NCBI GenBank assembly: GCA_963666975.2
Contig: CAXVYR010000003.1
Location: forward strand, 768,001 to 832,000
Direction: 5' to 3'
Origin: Terriglobia bacterium
GTDB taxonomy: Bacteria > Acidobacteriota > Terriglobia > 2-12-FULL-54-10
Length of the DNA stretch: 64,000 bases
This document shows, piece by piece, positions 32,590 to 42,200 of the stretch (position 1 is the first letter of the stretch; each line of letters opens with the position of its first letter). The notes under the pieces are model-generated. The model made no database searches, was not told the origin of the DNA, and saw only the letters and a program-made list of their open reading frames with translations. The translations under genes and the position numbers were made by a program.

Positions 32590-32621
32590 ACCGAATGTTT
32601 GGTTTGAGGAAGGAGGCAGAG

Positions 32622-34553
32622 GTGAGAAAAGGAATGGATGTAGTACTGGCTGTGGTGTTAGCTTCTGGCTTGGCCTGGGCTCAACAAGCGAACGTAGCGG
32701 CGAAGTTGGGTTATCCCCAGATGATTGTCTACAATGGCAAGATCGTGACGATGGATGACGCCTCGTTTGAGTCCCGTGTGGGGACGATTGCGCAGGCGAT
32801 GGCCCTCCGGGACGGGAAAATCCTGGAGATGGGGACAAATGCGGAGGTGCGGGCATTGGCAGGGCCGCAGACGAGGCAGATTGATCTGAAGGGCCGAACG
32901 GTGTTACCGAGCTTCATCATGACGCACGAGCACCCGGTGGACTGGGCCTTTACGGAACCCCGCGGTTTCCGGCATGTGTTCCCCAATGATGATGTGATCA
33001 TCTCTCGATGGCTGCCGAACCTGCCGGCGAGGGAACAGTTGGCGCTGTTTGAGCCAACGATGCGGGAGGCCGTGGCGAAAGCGAAGCCAGGGCAGTGGAT
33101 CCGGGTGATTCCCAACTGGGGCCCAGACTACGAATGGGCTGAACAATTTAGCGGGCCCCGTGGTGGATTCTGGAACGACTCCATCACGAAAGAATACCTC
33201 GATGTATTGGCGCCCAACAACCCGGTCTGCATCAGTAACGGCTTTACCAGCGCTTGCATGGGCAATACGCAGACTGTGGAAGAATATCGCAGTGTGCACC
33301 CGGCATTGGACCATTATGCAACTCTCCGCGTAGGCCTACCGCCGAATGAGGAAGTCGCCCGCCGGATCGAGCAATCGGGCAGGTTGCCACGTCCGGCGAA
33401 TGGCGATGTTCTGTTCAAGGGGAAACTGCCGGAGTTGGCTGATGTGCTCAAGGCACAACTCGATCTGTGGGCCAGCTATGGGATCACAACGTTTGGTGGC
33501 TGGTGGTATGCCTATTCTAATCTGCACGCATTCCACCTGCTGGATTCGAAAGGGGAAATGCCGGCGCGGCTTGCATTGGGGCATCGGGGGCCAGCGTGGG
33601 ACTTGGGCACGCTGCGAATGTTGGCTGGCATGTTGGGACACGGAACAGACCACTTATGGTTTATCGGAGCTTTCGGTAGTGGCGGCGGTTGCTTCTCGGT
33701 TCCGGAGAGGGCGGAGTGGACGGAGCAGCGGGGTGATAATCGGGAGAGTAATGACCCGAGGGGTGAGGGATGCAGTAATGCTCCCGGCACGCATGGCTAT
33801 GAAATGAATGTAAGGATCGCGGAATCCGGCCTCCGGTTTGCCACAATGCATACAGGGGGGGACAAAGGGATTGATTATCTCATGGATGCGATTGAAGAAG
33901 GGAGCAAGCGGGCCGGGATGACGCTGGAGCAGATTCGCGCCAAGCGGCATGCTTTTGATCATGGCGCGGGAGCTCCTCGACCGCAGCAGCTCCCTCGGAT
34001 TAAGAACCTAGGGATGATGATCAGCCAGTTGAACACGATTTTGTGGGAGACCCACCGGGGTGCGTCCGTGATCGCCAAGCAGTATGGGGTGGAGTACACC
34101 AACTGGGTGGTGCCCCGCAAGAGCGTAACGGAAGCGGGGATCATGAACACGTTTGAGATAGACCGGCCGCTGCCGCACAAAGTGTTCTTCTTCATCACGA
34201 AGGGCATGAACCGCTACAACGACCGGGACCAGATGGTCTATGGGCCTGGGGAGAGGACGGACCGGATTATCCAGTTGAAGGCCCTGACCGTATGGGGCGG
34301 ATACTACGTGCTGCGGGAGGACCTGCTGGGGACGCTGGGGCCTGGTAAGTACGCTGATTTCATCGTCCTGGACCGGGATTTCCTGACGATCCCGGAAGCA
34401 GATATTCCGAAGATAGAGGTGCTGATGACGGTGGTCGGCGGAAAGACGGTGCATTTGAATGCGACGCTGGCAAGCGAGATTGGGATGCAGCCAGTGGGCG
34501 CAAGCACCTGGACAGAGCCGATCCCGGAGGGATGGGAACCAAAGGCTTATTGA
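32622..34553 (+). CDS. Secreted amidohydrolase (Amidohydro_3/YtcJ-like), tandem paralog
   Basis: GTG start after AAGGAGG; signal peptide LAWA-Q; same motifs; 3' end nearly identical to the previous gene. Confidence 0.9.
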   Translation: MRKGMDVVLAVVLASGLAWAQQANVAAKLGYPQMIVYNGKIVTMDDASFESRVGTIAQAMALRDGKILEMGTNAEVRALAGPQTRQIDLKGRTVLPSFIMTHEHPVDWAFTEPRGFRHVFPNDDVIISRWLPNLPAREQLALFEPTMREAVAKAKPGQWIRVIPNWGPDYEWAEQFSGPRGGFWNDSITKEYLDVLAPNNPVCISNGFTSACMGNTQTVEEYRSVHPALDHYATLRVGLPPNEEVARRIEQSGRLPRPANGDVLFKGKLPELADVLKAQLDLWASYGITTFGGWWYAYSNLHAFHLLDSKGEMPARLALGHRGPAWDLGTLRMLAGMLGHGTDHLWFIGAFGSGGGCFSVPERAEWTEQRGDNRESNDPRGEGCSNAPGTHGYEMNVRIAESGLRFATMHTGGDKGIDYLMDAIEEGSKRAGMTLEQIRAKRHAFDHGAGAPRPQQLPRIKNLGMMISQLNTILWETHRGASVIAKQYGVEYTNWVVPRKSVTEAGIMNTFEIDRPLPHKVFFFITKGMNRYNDRDQMVYGPGERTDRIIQLKALTVWGGYYVLREDLLGTLGPGKYADFIVLDRDFLTIPEADIPKIEVLMTVVGGKTVHLNATLASEIGMQPVGASTWTEPIPEGWEPKAY

Positions 34554-34637
34554 ACCGAATGTTTGCTTTGAAGAAGGAGGCCCAGATTGTGATTGAACAG
34601 GGGCGGTAGGAGTACAACACCCGGAAGCCGCGCTCGG

Positions 34638-34902
34638 CTATAGAGTCTGTGTGAAAACTTGGTTTTTACGTCAGGGCATGACTTCAGTCATGCCGTAACG
34701 CGTTTGAAATGAAAGCCCCTTCCTTGCGGCTTTACAGGCTGCTGAAAAAAGGCTCGAAAGGGTCAAATCGGAATTTTGCCGAATGACGATTCAATAACTT
34801 ACGAGCCAACGTTTCGGCGAAGAGCGCCAAAAGTTACCACTTTGGTTCTTTTTTCAGCAGCCTGTTCAGCCGCTGAGGGTAGTTATCACACAGACTCTAT
34901 AG
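34638..34902. mobile_element. Nested MITEs
   Basis: Outer 17-bp IR CTATAGAGTCTGTGTGA / TCACACAGACTCTATAG. Inner element 34734-34865 has IR ACAGGCTGCTGAAAAA / TTTTTCAGCAGCCTGT. Confidence 0.8.
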
Positions 34903-34919
34903 GCCCCCGGAGCCATTTC

Positions 34920-35050
34920 TATCTTCTACAAACAAAGTGGCTGATTCTATATTTGCCACGCTTCGGAACTGCTAAGACCATTTCTGCCACCAACATATTG
35001 AACATTATAGGGTTATCCTGATCCCACCAACAGGCGATTGCGGAAGCACC
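34920..35050 (+). repeat. Partial copy of the 38536-38701 MITE
   Basis: tatctt..acaaacaaagtggctgattctatatttgccac..gctaagaccatt..caacatattgaa..atagggttat.ctgat.ccaccaacag.cgattgcggaagcacc is shared with 38571-38701. Confidence 0.85.
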
Positions 35051-35152
35051 TTGCAGACCTCCGAGAATCCCACCATAGGCAATAGACCATAGGTTCGAAA
35101 TGCACTAGATAGTGGTAGAATTCGACGATGTTAGCGATTCGAGACCGGACCC

Positions 35153-38100
35153 ATGAAAGACGCAACGGCACCTTATAGTGCTGTCTATCATTTCCGCGAC
35201 GACCACCTGCTTGAGACGTTTATCGCGAAGATTCCCCGTTCTCAACTGGTCGAATACTTGCGTAGCAATGACTCGCTGCGAAACCGATATTTTCGGGGGT
35301 TTCGCATCTCCAACACTGTCCCCACCCGCCAACAGGTTCTGACCGCATACAAGAAGGAGATCATCGATCGCAACAACGGCAAACTCGCATCTTCGCTGTG
35401 TGCCCATTGGATTCGCCAACAGCCGGTGCTCGCAAGCGTTGCATTGAAATCTCTCGGTATTCAGTCTGAGGATCCTGCTGATGCAAAATTGTGGATCAAC
35501 GACGTTCACGCGAAGCTCGACCTAGAGCAACACGAAGATAGCCTCCGAGCACTAGTCCGCGCGCTGGCTATGCAGTTCTCCAACGAGGATGTTCACATCT
35601 TCGTCTCGATCATTTCCTATGGCACCAATCAGCAGACCCTGCGGAACCTCGTCGAGGGAGAACTGCTGAATGTGGCGAACGACCCTCAGATAGTGAAAGA
35701 CCGGATCGAGGGCTACCTGGAAGCAGCGAAAACGAAGATCAAGGATCTTGAACAGTTTCGCAGCGAACTCGAGTGTCAGCTAGAAGGCGAGTTGACTAAA
35801 GCGCGAGGAGCGCTGGACGGCATGCTACGGGAGCATGAAGAAGTTGCAACACGTCTCGCCCAAGAAGAAACATCGACCCAAGGGCTGACGAATCAACTCG
35901 AAGAGATCAAAGCAAAACTCCTCGAACGACAGCAGGCACGAAATGCCACAAAGAACCAAAAGGTGAAACTGTCCAAGACCATCAAGCGCCAACGCGAGGG
36001 ATTGTCGACAACACAGGCCACCTTCGAGAAGCGGCTCAAGGACGTTAGCCAAAGTCTTGATGAACAATCGAGTCATATGGCCGAACTCGCCACAGAATTG
36101 CAACAGATCAAAGAACGGATTCTCGCGGAAAAAAGTAAGCAAGTTCCAATGACACCAGTACCGGCAATTGCTCAGCCCGAACCATCCGCCGTGGTTCCTA
36201 TTCCTGGACCAACACCCTTGCCATTAACATCAGCACCGGAACCACACAAGCGAGCCCTTAACATTCTAGGAAATAACGCGATCTGCTATCAAGGAATCCA
36301 GAGGACGTTCCGAAATGCTGTCGTGACGTTCCTGCGTGATCGCTTGGCCCGCCTCTTCCCCGAGGATCACATCCAGCGAATGAAAAAGACGTTCGGGGAA
36401 GATTGGGAGAAAGCTGCACAGGACGCAAGCCGGTCGAGAGAAAATTTAGGTACAACGACCATCGTGCGCGACGAATACGATCTCCTCGGAACAAACCACT
36501 TTTATGGTATCTTCGAGCGTTTTTATGACAAGATTTTCACCCCTGAAGCTGGCCAATCCCCCAAAATCCCAAAGCCAGTGAAAGCCAGGTTCCTTGGCAA
36601 CCTGAAAGCTATTAAGGACTGCCGAGACCCACTGTCGCATTCGGTGGAAGAAGAGATCTCCTTTGAGGAAGCACACCATTTCCTTTACCTTGCCCAGGAG
36701 ATCCTTAAATGGTTGGGGTGCGACGCACAGGCGGCAGAACTCTCCACGTTAGCAGCACAGCTCGGCGGTGGCGAACCAGAAACGGCGTCGCTCCTCCGCC
36801 GGCTTCCTAGCGAAGACAGCATCTGCCTTGAGTTTGTCGGCCGCGACACGCTGCTCAAAGATCTCACCGGCTGCTTTGCCAATCCTGACAACAAACGGTG
36901 CCTCCTCGCTGGCGACGGCGGGAAGGGAAAGTCTGCGGCTGCCTACCGGTTCGCGCAGAGAATGCCGTCCTCAACCGAGCGCTTTCAGCTCATCGTCTGG
37001 CTGAGTGCGAAGCAACGCAGGTTCCGTGAAGGAGCACCCACCACCATCGAATCGCCGGACTTCACCACCGCTGGAGAAGCCGTCGATCGGCTCCTGACCG
37101 AATACGGCGCAATAACGCAGGACATGGACAAACCCCTCGCCGACAAGAAACGCCTCCTTTTCGAATACCTCAATGAGTTTCCAGCCTTTATCATCGCGGA
37201 CGATATTGACACAGTGCTCGAAGACGATGAAGTCGTGAGCCTCTTCACGCACGAAATTCCGAACACTCAATCTGCCGTCCTACTTACGTCTCGACGGGCT
37301 ATTCCCGGAATTCGCAAATTCATTGTCGAAGGGTTCGACCCAGTCGAGGCTGAAGAGTTCATCAAGTCCCGCATTCAACTCTACGGTCTTAAAACCGTAG
37401 CTTTCACGCCGGCAATCATTAAGGAAATAACAAAAGTTTCAGACAGTTCGCCACTCTACATGGATGATCTCATGCGCCTCACGCGGATCGTGGAGGTTCA
37501 GAAAGCCATCAGGATGTGGGCGGAGAGAACAGGCGATGAAGCTCGCAAGTACGCCCTACAGAGAGAAATCGAACAGCTCTCTGGTGACGCAAAAAGAGTC
37601 CTCATTGCGGGTGCGGTAACAGATGACTCCATTTCCTTTGTAGAGTTGGAGAGTATTCTGGAATTTTCTGAAGATCAGCTCTTGTCTGCGCTGACTGAAC
37701 TCCAAACGTTGTTCCTTTTTCCGAAGGAACCTGCTGTCGAAGGCGAACAGCGCTACCAGATCAATCTCAACACAAAGAAACTCGTTCGGCTCGTCGAAGG
37801 CGCCAGCGATCTCTACGCGCGTATCGACACTCGCAGCAAAGCGCTAGCGGGCAAACTCCCGGATGTCGGGTACGGTATTGTGAGCTCCCTGATCAGACAG
37901 GCGCACCTCCGCCTCAATGCGGGGCAAAACACAGAGGCCGAAGCAATTCTCCTCGGAGCCATCGAAAAGTACCCGAATGTGCCGGATTTGCAGGGCTTTC
38001 TCGGTTACGCCTACAAACGCATGCATCGCATCGTGGACGCACGCATCCAGTTCGAGGCAGCCTTCAAGCTCACGGCCAAGAACCCCGAAATGTATCTGCA

Positions 38101-38533
38101 CTGGATCAAGCTCGAGATCGCGGAGAAAGAATGGTCCAAGGCCATCACGGTTGCCGACCGGGCGCTAAAGATCCTCCCGGATGCCTACGCAATTGTCGAG
38201 CGAAATGCCTACGCAATTGTCGAGCGAAAGGTGTATGCGCTACGACAGGCAGGCTTTGACTTTCATAAAAGACTATTTCGCGAAAAGGCAGAAAGAATGT
38301 GGACCGACGCTGTCGAGGAGGTCAAAAGACGATTCAAGCCCCCGGAGGCTCTCCCGGCGGGCGCGCGTGAGTTGAACGCGTCCATGTATCTCAATATCGT
38401 GATTTGCCTCGAAATGCTCGGAAAAAGTCGGGATCGAAACTACTGGCTTGAACACTGGGAGAAAGAGCACCCCGACGATCCCCAAGTGGCTAGGCAGAAA
38501 GAATATATCAAACACAAGCGAGGGGGCCTGTAA
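35153..38533 (+). CDS. Coiled-coil + Swt1-like HEPN + STAND (NB-ARC-like) NTPase + TPR protein; candidate anti-phage effector
   Basis: HEPN RxxxxH motif RDPLSH (36623-36640), FVGRD, Walker A GDGGKGKS (36911-36934), Walker B IIADDID, LLTSRR, C-terminal TPR-like helices. Confidence 0.8.
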   Translation: MKDATAPYSAVYHFRDDHLLETFIAKIPRSQLVEYLRSNDSLRNRYFRGFRISNTVPTRQQVLTAYKKEIIDRNNGKLASSLCAHWIRQQPVLASVALKSLGIQSEDPADAKLWINDVHAKLDLEQHEDSLRALVRALAMQFSNEDVHIFVSIISYGTNQQTLRNLVEGELLNVANDPQIVKDRIEGYLEAAKTKIKDLEQFRSELECQLEGELTKARGALDGMLREHEEVATRLAQEETSTQGLTNQLEEIKAKLLERQQARNATKNQKVKLSKTIKRQREGLSTTQATFEKRLKDVSQSLDEQSSHMAELATELQQIKERILAEKSKQVPMTPVPAIAQPEPSAVVPIPGPTPLPLTSAPEPHKRALNILGNNAICYQGIQRTFRNAVVTFLRDRLARLFPEDHIQRMKKTFGEDWEKAAQDASRSRENLGTTTIVRDEYDLLGTNHFYGIFERFYDKIFTPEAGQSPKIPKPVKARFLGNLKAIKDCRDPLSHSVEEEISFEEAHHFLYLAQEILKWLGCDAQAAELSTLAAQLGGGEPETASLLRRLPSEDSICLEFVGRDTLLKDLTGCFANPDNKRCLLAGDGGKGKSAAAYRFAQRMPSSTERFQLIVWLSAKQRRFREGAPTTIESPDFTTAGEAVDRLLTEYGAITQDMDKPLADKKRLLFEYLNEFPAFIIADDIDTVLEDDEVVSLFTHEIPNTQSAVLLTSRRAIPGIRKFIVEGFDPVEAEEFIKSRIQLYGLKTVAFTPAIIKEITKVSDSSPLYMDDLMRLTRIVEVQKAIRMWAERTGDEARKYALQREIEQLSGDAKRVLIAGAVTDDSISFVELESILEFSEDQLLSALTELQTLFLFPKEPAVEGEQRYQINLNTKKLVRLVEGASDLYARIDTRSKALAGKLPDVGYGIVSSLIRQAHLRLNAGQNTEAEAILLGAIEKYPNVPDLQGFLGYAYKRMHRIVDARIQFEAAFKLTAKNPEMYLHWIKLEIAEKEWSKAITVADRALKILPDAYAIVERNAYAIVERKVYALRQAGFDFHKRLFREKAERMWTDAVEEVKRRFKPPEALPAGARELNASMYLNIVICLEMLGKSRDRNYWLEHWEKEHPDDPQVARQKEYIKHKRGGL

Positions 38534-38535
38534 GT

Positions 38536-38701
38536 GGTGCTTCCGCAATCTAGTGTTGTTAGCGCATCCTTATCTTCAACAAACAAAGTGGCTGATTCTA
38601 TATTTGCCACACTGCAGAACCGCTAAGACCATTGCTGACAGCAACATATTGAAAATAATAGGGTTATGCTGATTCCACCAACAGTCGATTGCGGAAGCAC
38701 C
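38536..38701. mobile_element. MITE (166 bp) with IS1-like 15-bp terminal IRs
   Basis: GGTGCTTCCGCAATC ... GATTGCGGAAGCACC, identical to the IS end at 23452-23466. Confidence 0.85.
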
Positions 38702-38733
38702 CACTGAAGATCCGTCCGTTATGCGAGAATGGG

Positions 38734-39117
38734 ATGATGGCCCGCGTGAGAATGGACAAGTGGCTCTGGGCCGCCCGATTCTTCAAGACGCGCTCGCTCG
38801 CTGCACGGGCATGTGAACTCGGCAGGATTACGTCCAACGGACAACAAACCAAGTCCTCGCGCGAGGTCCGCGTCGGCGACCTGTTGCAAGTGAAGAGCGA
38901 CGCAGGCGACTTTCAGGTGGAGGTTGTGCTCCTCAGCGAGATGCGCGGCCCGGCGGCGGTTGCGCAGACGCTCTACCGTGAGACAGAGACGAGCCGGGAG
39001 TTGCGGCTAAAGTTGGCAGAGGAGCGTAAAGCGATGCCGCATTTCGAGGGGTCGAGGGAAGGCAAACCATCGAAACGCGATCGCCGTGAACTCGATCGGT
39101 TTCGGGGTAGAGTGTGA
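38734..39117 (+). CDS. hslR: Ribosome-associated heat shock protein Hsp15 (S4 domain)
   Basis: RMDKWLWAARFFKTRSLA..RGPAAVAQTLY.ET..GKPSKRDRR. Confidence 0.9.
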   Translation: MMARVRMDKWLWAARFFKTRSLAARACELGRITSNGQQTKSSREVRVGDLLQVKSDAGDFQVEVVLLSEMRGPAAVAQTLYRETETSRELRLKLAEERKAMPHFEGSREGKPSKRDRRELDRFRGRV

Positions 39118-39239
39118 CCACAGAACACTAAAATTGATTTTACTACCTATTTTTCGTCTGAGAGACCTGGGGCAATGGGGACAGATGGGTTAGAGATATT
39201 TCTCAAACGGACGGGGCTACTTTGGATGCTCCAGACATC

Positions 39240-42200
39240 TCAGAACGACAGCCGGAGAGCGAACTGAATTTGACGGGGGGTGGTGGCTGTTGACCTTATT
39301 TTTCCGGCGCTCGGATTGATTGTCCCTCCATCACGGAAAATCGCTGTCGGAGGTCCGCCCGGCGCCTGAAAATTCGGATGGTTGGCAAGATTGAAAAACT
39401 CCGCCCGGAACTGCAGGTTGCGTTCAGAATCGATTCTAAACTCTTTCTGGAGGGAGAAGTCCAGGTTGACGATACCAGGACCGGTGAGGGTAGTACGGCC
39501 CGCATCTCCGATGTACCCAGGTTCTGGTGGTTGGAAAGCACAAGGATCAAAATACAAGTCTGGCCCTCCCAGCTTTAGGTCCGGCTCAATCAGCATCTGT
39601 CCGGTGAGCGGATGCCTGCAACCAGCGGTTACTCCGTTGGTTGGGTCACGGTTGTAGAAAGGTGTCAGATTCGGACGTTGGGAAACAAATAGGAATCCTG
39701 TGGAGGGAATTCCGTAAGAAACACCAAAGGCCGATCCGGAACGCAACGATAGAATTCCTCCGAACCTCCACCCCCCGATCAACGATGATAGCCATCCAGA
39801 GTTGAACCACCGCTGGCCGGAACCAATCGGGGGACTGTAGAAATACCGCAGCGAGAAATTATGGCGCCTGTCGAATGTGGAAAGGCCTCGATTCAACTTC
39901 CGATCCAGTCCGTAATGTTCCTGCAGGCCACGAACGGACGAGGCGTCGTCCACACTCTTGGAGTAGGTATAATTGGCTCCCAAAGTGAAATTCCTCCCGA
40001 AATCGCCGTTGATAGAGACATAGCCGGAATTGTAAAAGGATTGTGCATCCGTTAATGTCCTCTGAATACTGCCAAAGGCTGGGTTCATGACATTGTCCGG
40101 CGGCGTCTGAGGCCGGTTCGGATCTGAGGAGGAATATAGGTTCCCATCTGGCTTAACCCATTCCGGATCGGGAGGTAGAAACAGTTTTCCGTCCGGCTGG
40201 CGTACCGCGAAAGGATACAAATTGGCTTCAAACGTCCGGAGGAGATGGTTGCCTCGCGCGCCGACGTAGCTGATCTCTGCCGTCCATCTCGGCGTCAGTT
40301 GCCTTTGAAGCGATAGGTTATACCGATAAATCACAGGGTTCTTGGGGTTGTGGTAATCGAAAATTCGGAGTTGGCCGGCATCTCCCCTCGCAGCAGCCAC
40401 GGCATCAGGGAATGTTTCCAAGGCCTCGAAGTTGGGCCGAAGGCTGGGTTCATGACTGTCCGGCGGCGTCTGAGGCCGGTTCGGATCTGAGGAGCAATAT
40501 AGGTTCCCATCTGGCTTAACCCATTCCGGATCGGGAGGTAGAAACAGTTTTCCGTCCGGCTGGCGTACCGCGAAAGGATACAAATTGGCTTCAAACGTCC
40601 GGAGGAGATGGTTGCCTCGCGCGCCGACGTAGCTGATCTCTGCCGTCCATCTCGGCGTCAGTTGCCTTTGAAGCGATAGGTTATACCGATAAATCACAGG
40701 GTTCTTGGGGTTGTGGTAATCGAAAATTCGGAGTTGGCCGGCATCTCCCCTCGCAGCAGCCACGGCATCAGGGAATGTTTCCAAGGCCTCGAAGTTGGGC
40801 CGAAGTGCATACTTATAAAATGGCAAGGTCCTTCGGAGGTTCTCCACAGTGTATTCAAGAAGAGGCTCATGGTAAATTCCAACTCCCGCACGAACCTGAG
40901 TCCGCCGGTCATTGCCGGGTGACCAACTCAAACCGAAGCGGGGAGCCAGATTTCGCAGGCTGGGATTGGAACTCATTAGCTGACCCAGGCGCGGTTCAGA
41001 ATCAAGAAGTACGTCGAGCAAATAGACGTCCCGCCCCCGCGTGTCGTGAATTTTCGTGGTGAACTCATAACGGAGGCCTAGACTGAGCGCAATATTCGGA
41101 CGGAGTTGGTAATCGTCTTGGAAGTAGAATCCGAGGAGGGTCTGTCGAAAGTCGCGTTCCGAACTAGAACCGGGCAACGCTAGTTTGAGCTTGGTACCCT
41201 CTCCTAGCCGGAAGAGGTTCTCCAGGCTGCTGAAAGTCCATATGCCGCCCAGCGCATGGTTATCAAACACATTCCATTGAAAGCGCTCGATCAACGTCCC
41301 CAGCTTCCAAGTATGGGATCCGCTGCGGTAGATGAGATCGTCTGCAAATTGGAATGAATTCATTGTCTTACCGGCCGGTGCATCAAAATGTGCTGCGAAA
41401 CGGGTTAATCCTGCTACATGAAGTTGGCCATACCGCGGGGCACTGGGCACAAAGAACAGCGAGCGAGGAATCTCCCGCGCGTGCGCACTATTAAATGTCG
41501 ATGTCGGCCGTGTGTAGCTGGCGCGAAACGTGTTTAACAAAGTGGGGGAAAAGAAATGGGTTTCGGCTAAAGTCAGATACTGCTGTCTACTCTTAATGCG
41601 CCACGGAAGCTCTGCCGTACTGCCAACGGCCATTTGGTCGGCATCGTCAAAGGTATAGCGGCCGAATAAGGCGTCGTGATTGCTCAGTCGCTGGTCAATC
41701 CTGGCCGCGAAGAAATATTCGCTGGTAGGTAATCGAGCAGATGTGCGATTTTCAGCAACTCCCGTGGGATCGCCGTTACGATCCAGCAATGGCACCTGGG
41801 GAAGGGGGTAGAGCGCTAGATAGGGTAACACCTTCGTATTAGCAATAATGGGTTCTCTTCCCGGCAGAGAAAGTATTCCGCGGCGCGCTTCATTGTCGGG
41901 GACGAAACTCACGACGTTTTGGGTCAGCCGATTAAGAAGCACCTCGAAGCTAGTCATAAAAAAGGTTTTTTCTCGGATCATCGGGCCTGTTACTGTCGCT
42001 CCGAACTGGTTGCGCTTGAAAGGCGGCTTCTCGGGCGGGTCAAAGAAGTCGTGGGCATCCATCTTGCTGTTCCGGAGAAACTCGAACAAGCCCCCATGCC
42101 ATTCGTTGCTCCCCGAGCGGGTAATTGCATTCATCACCCCACCGGCAGCACGCCCGTACTGTGCCCCGTAGTTGGCGGAGAATATCTGCACCTGCAGCAC

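Noticed and set aside
32328-32621. N-terminal extension of the 741-aa amidohydrolase ORF overlapping the previous gene
   Set aside because: The GTG at 32622 has an RBS and is followed by a signal peptide. Similar over-extended starts were trimmed for ORFs at 19604, 21063, 26330, 28617, 43127 and 52002.
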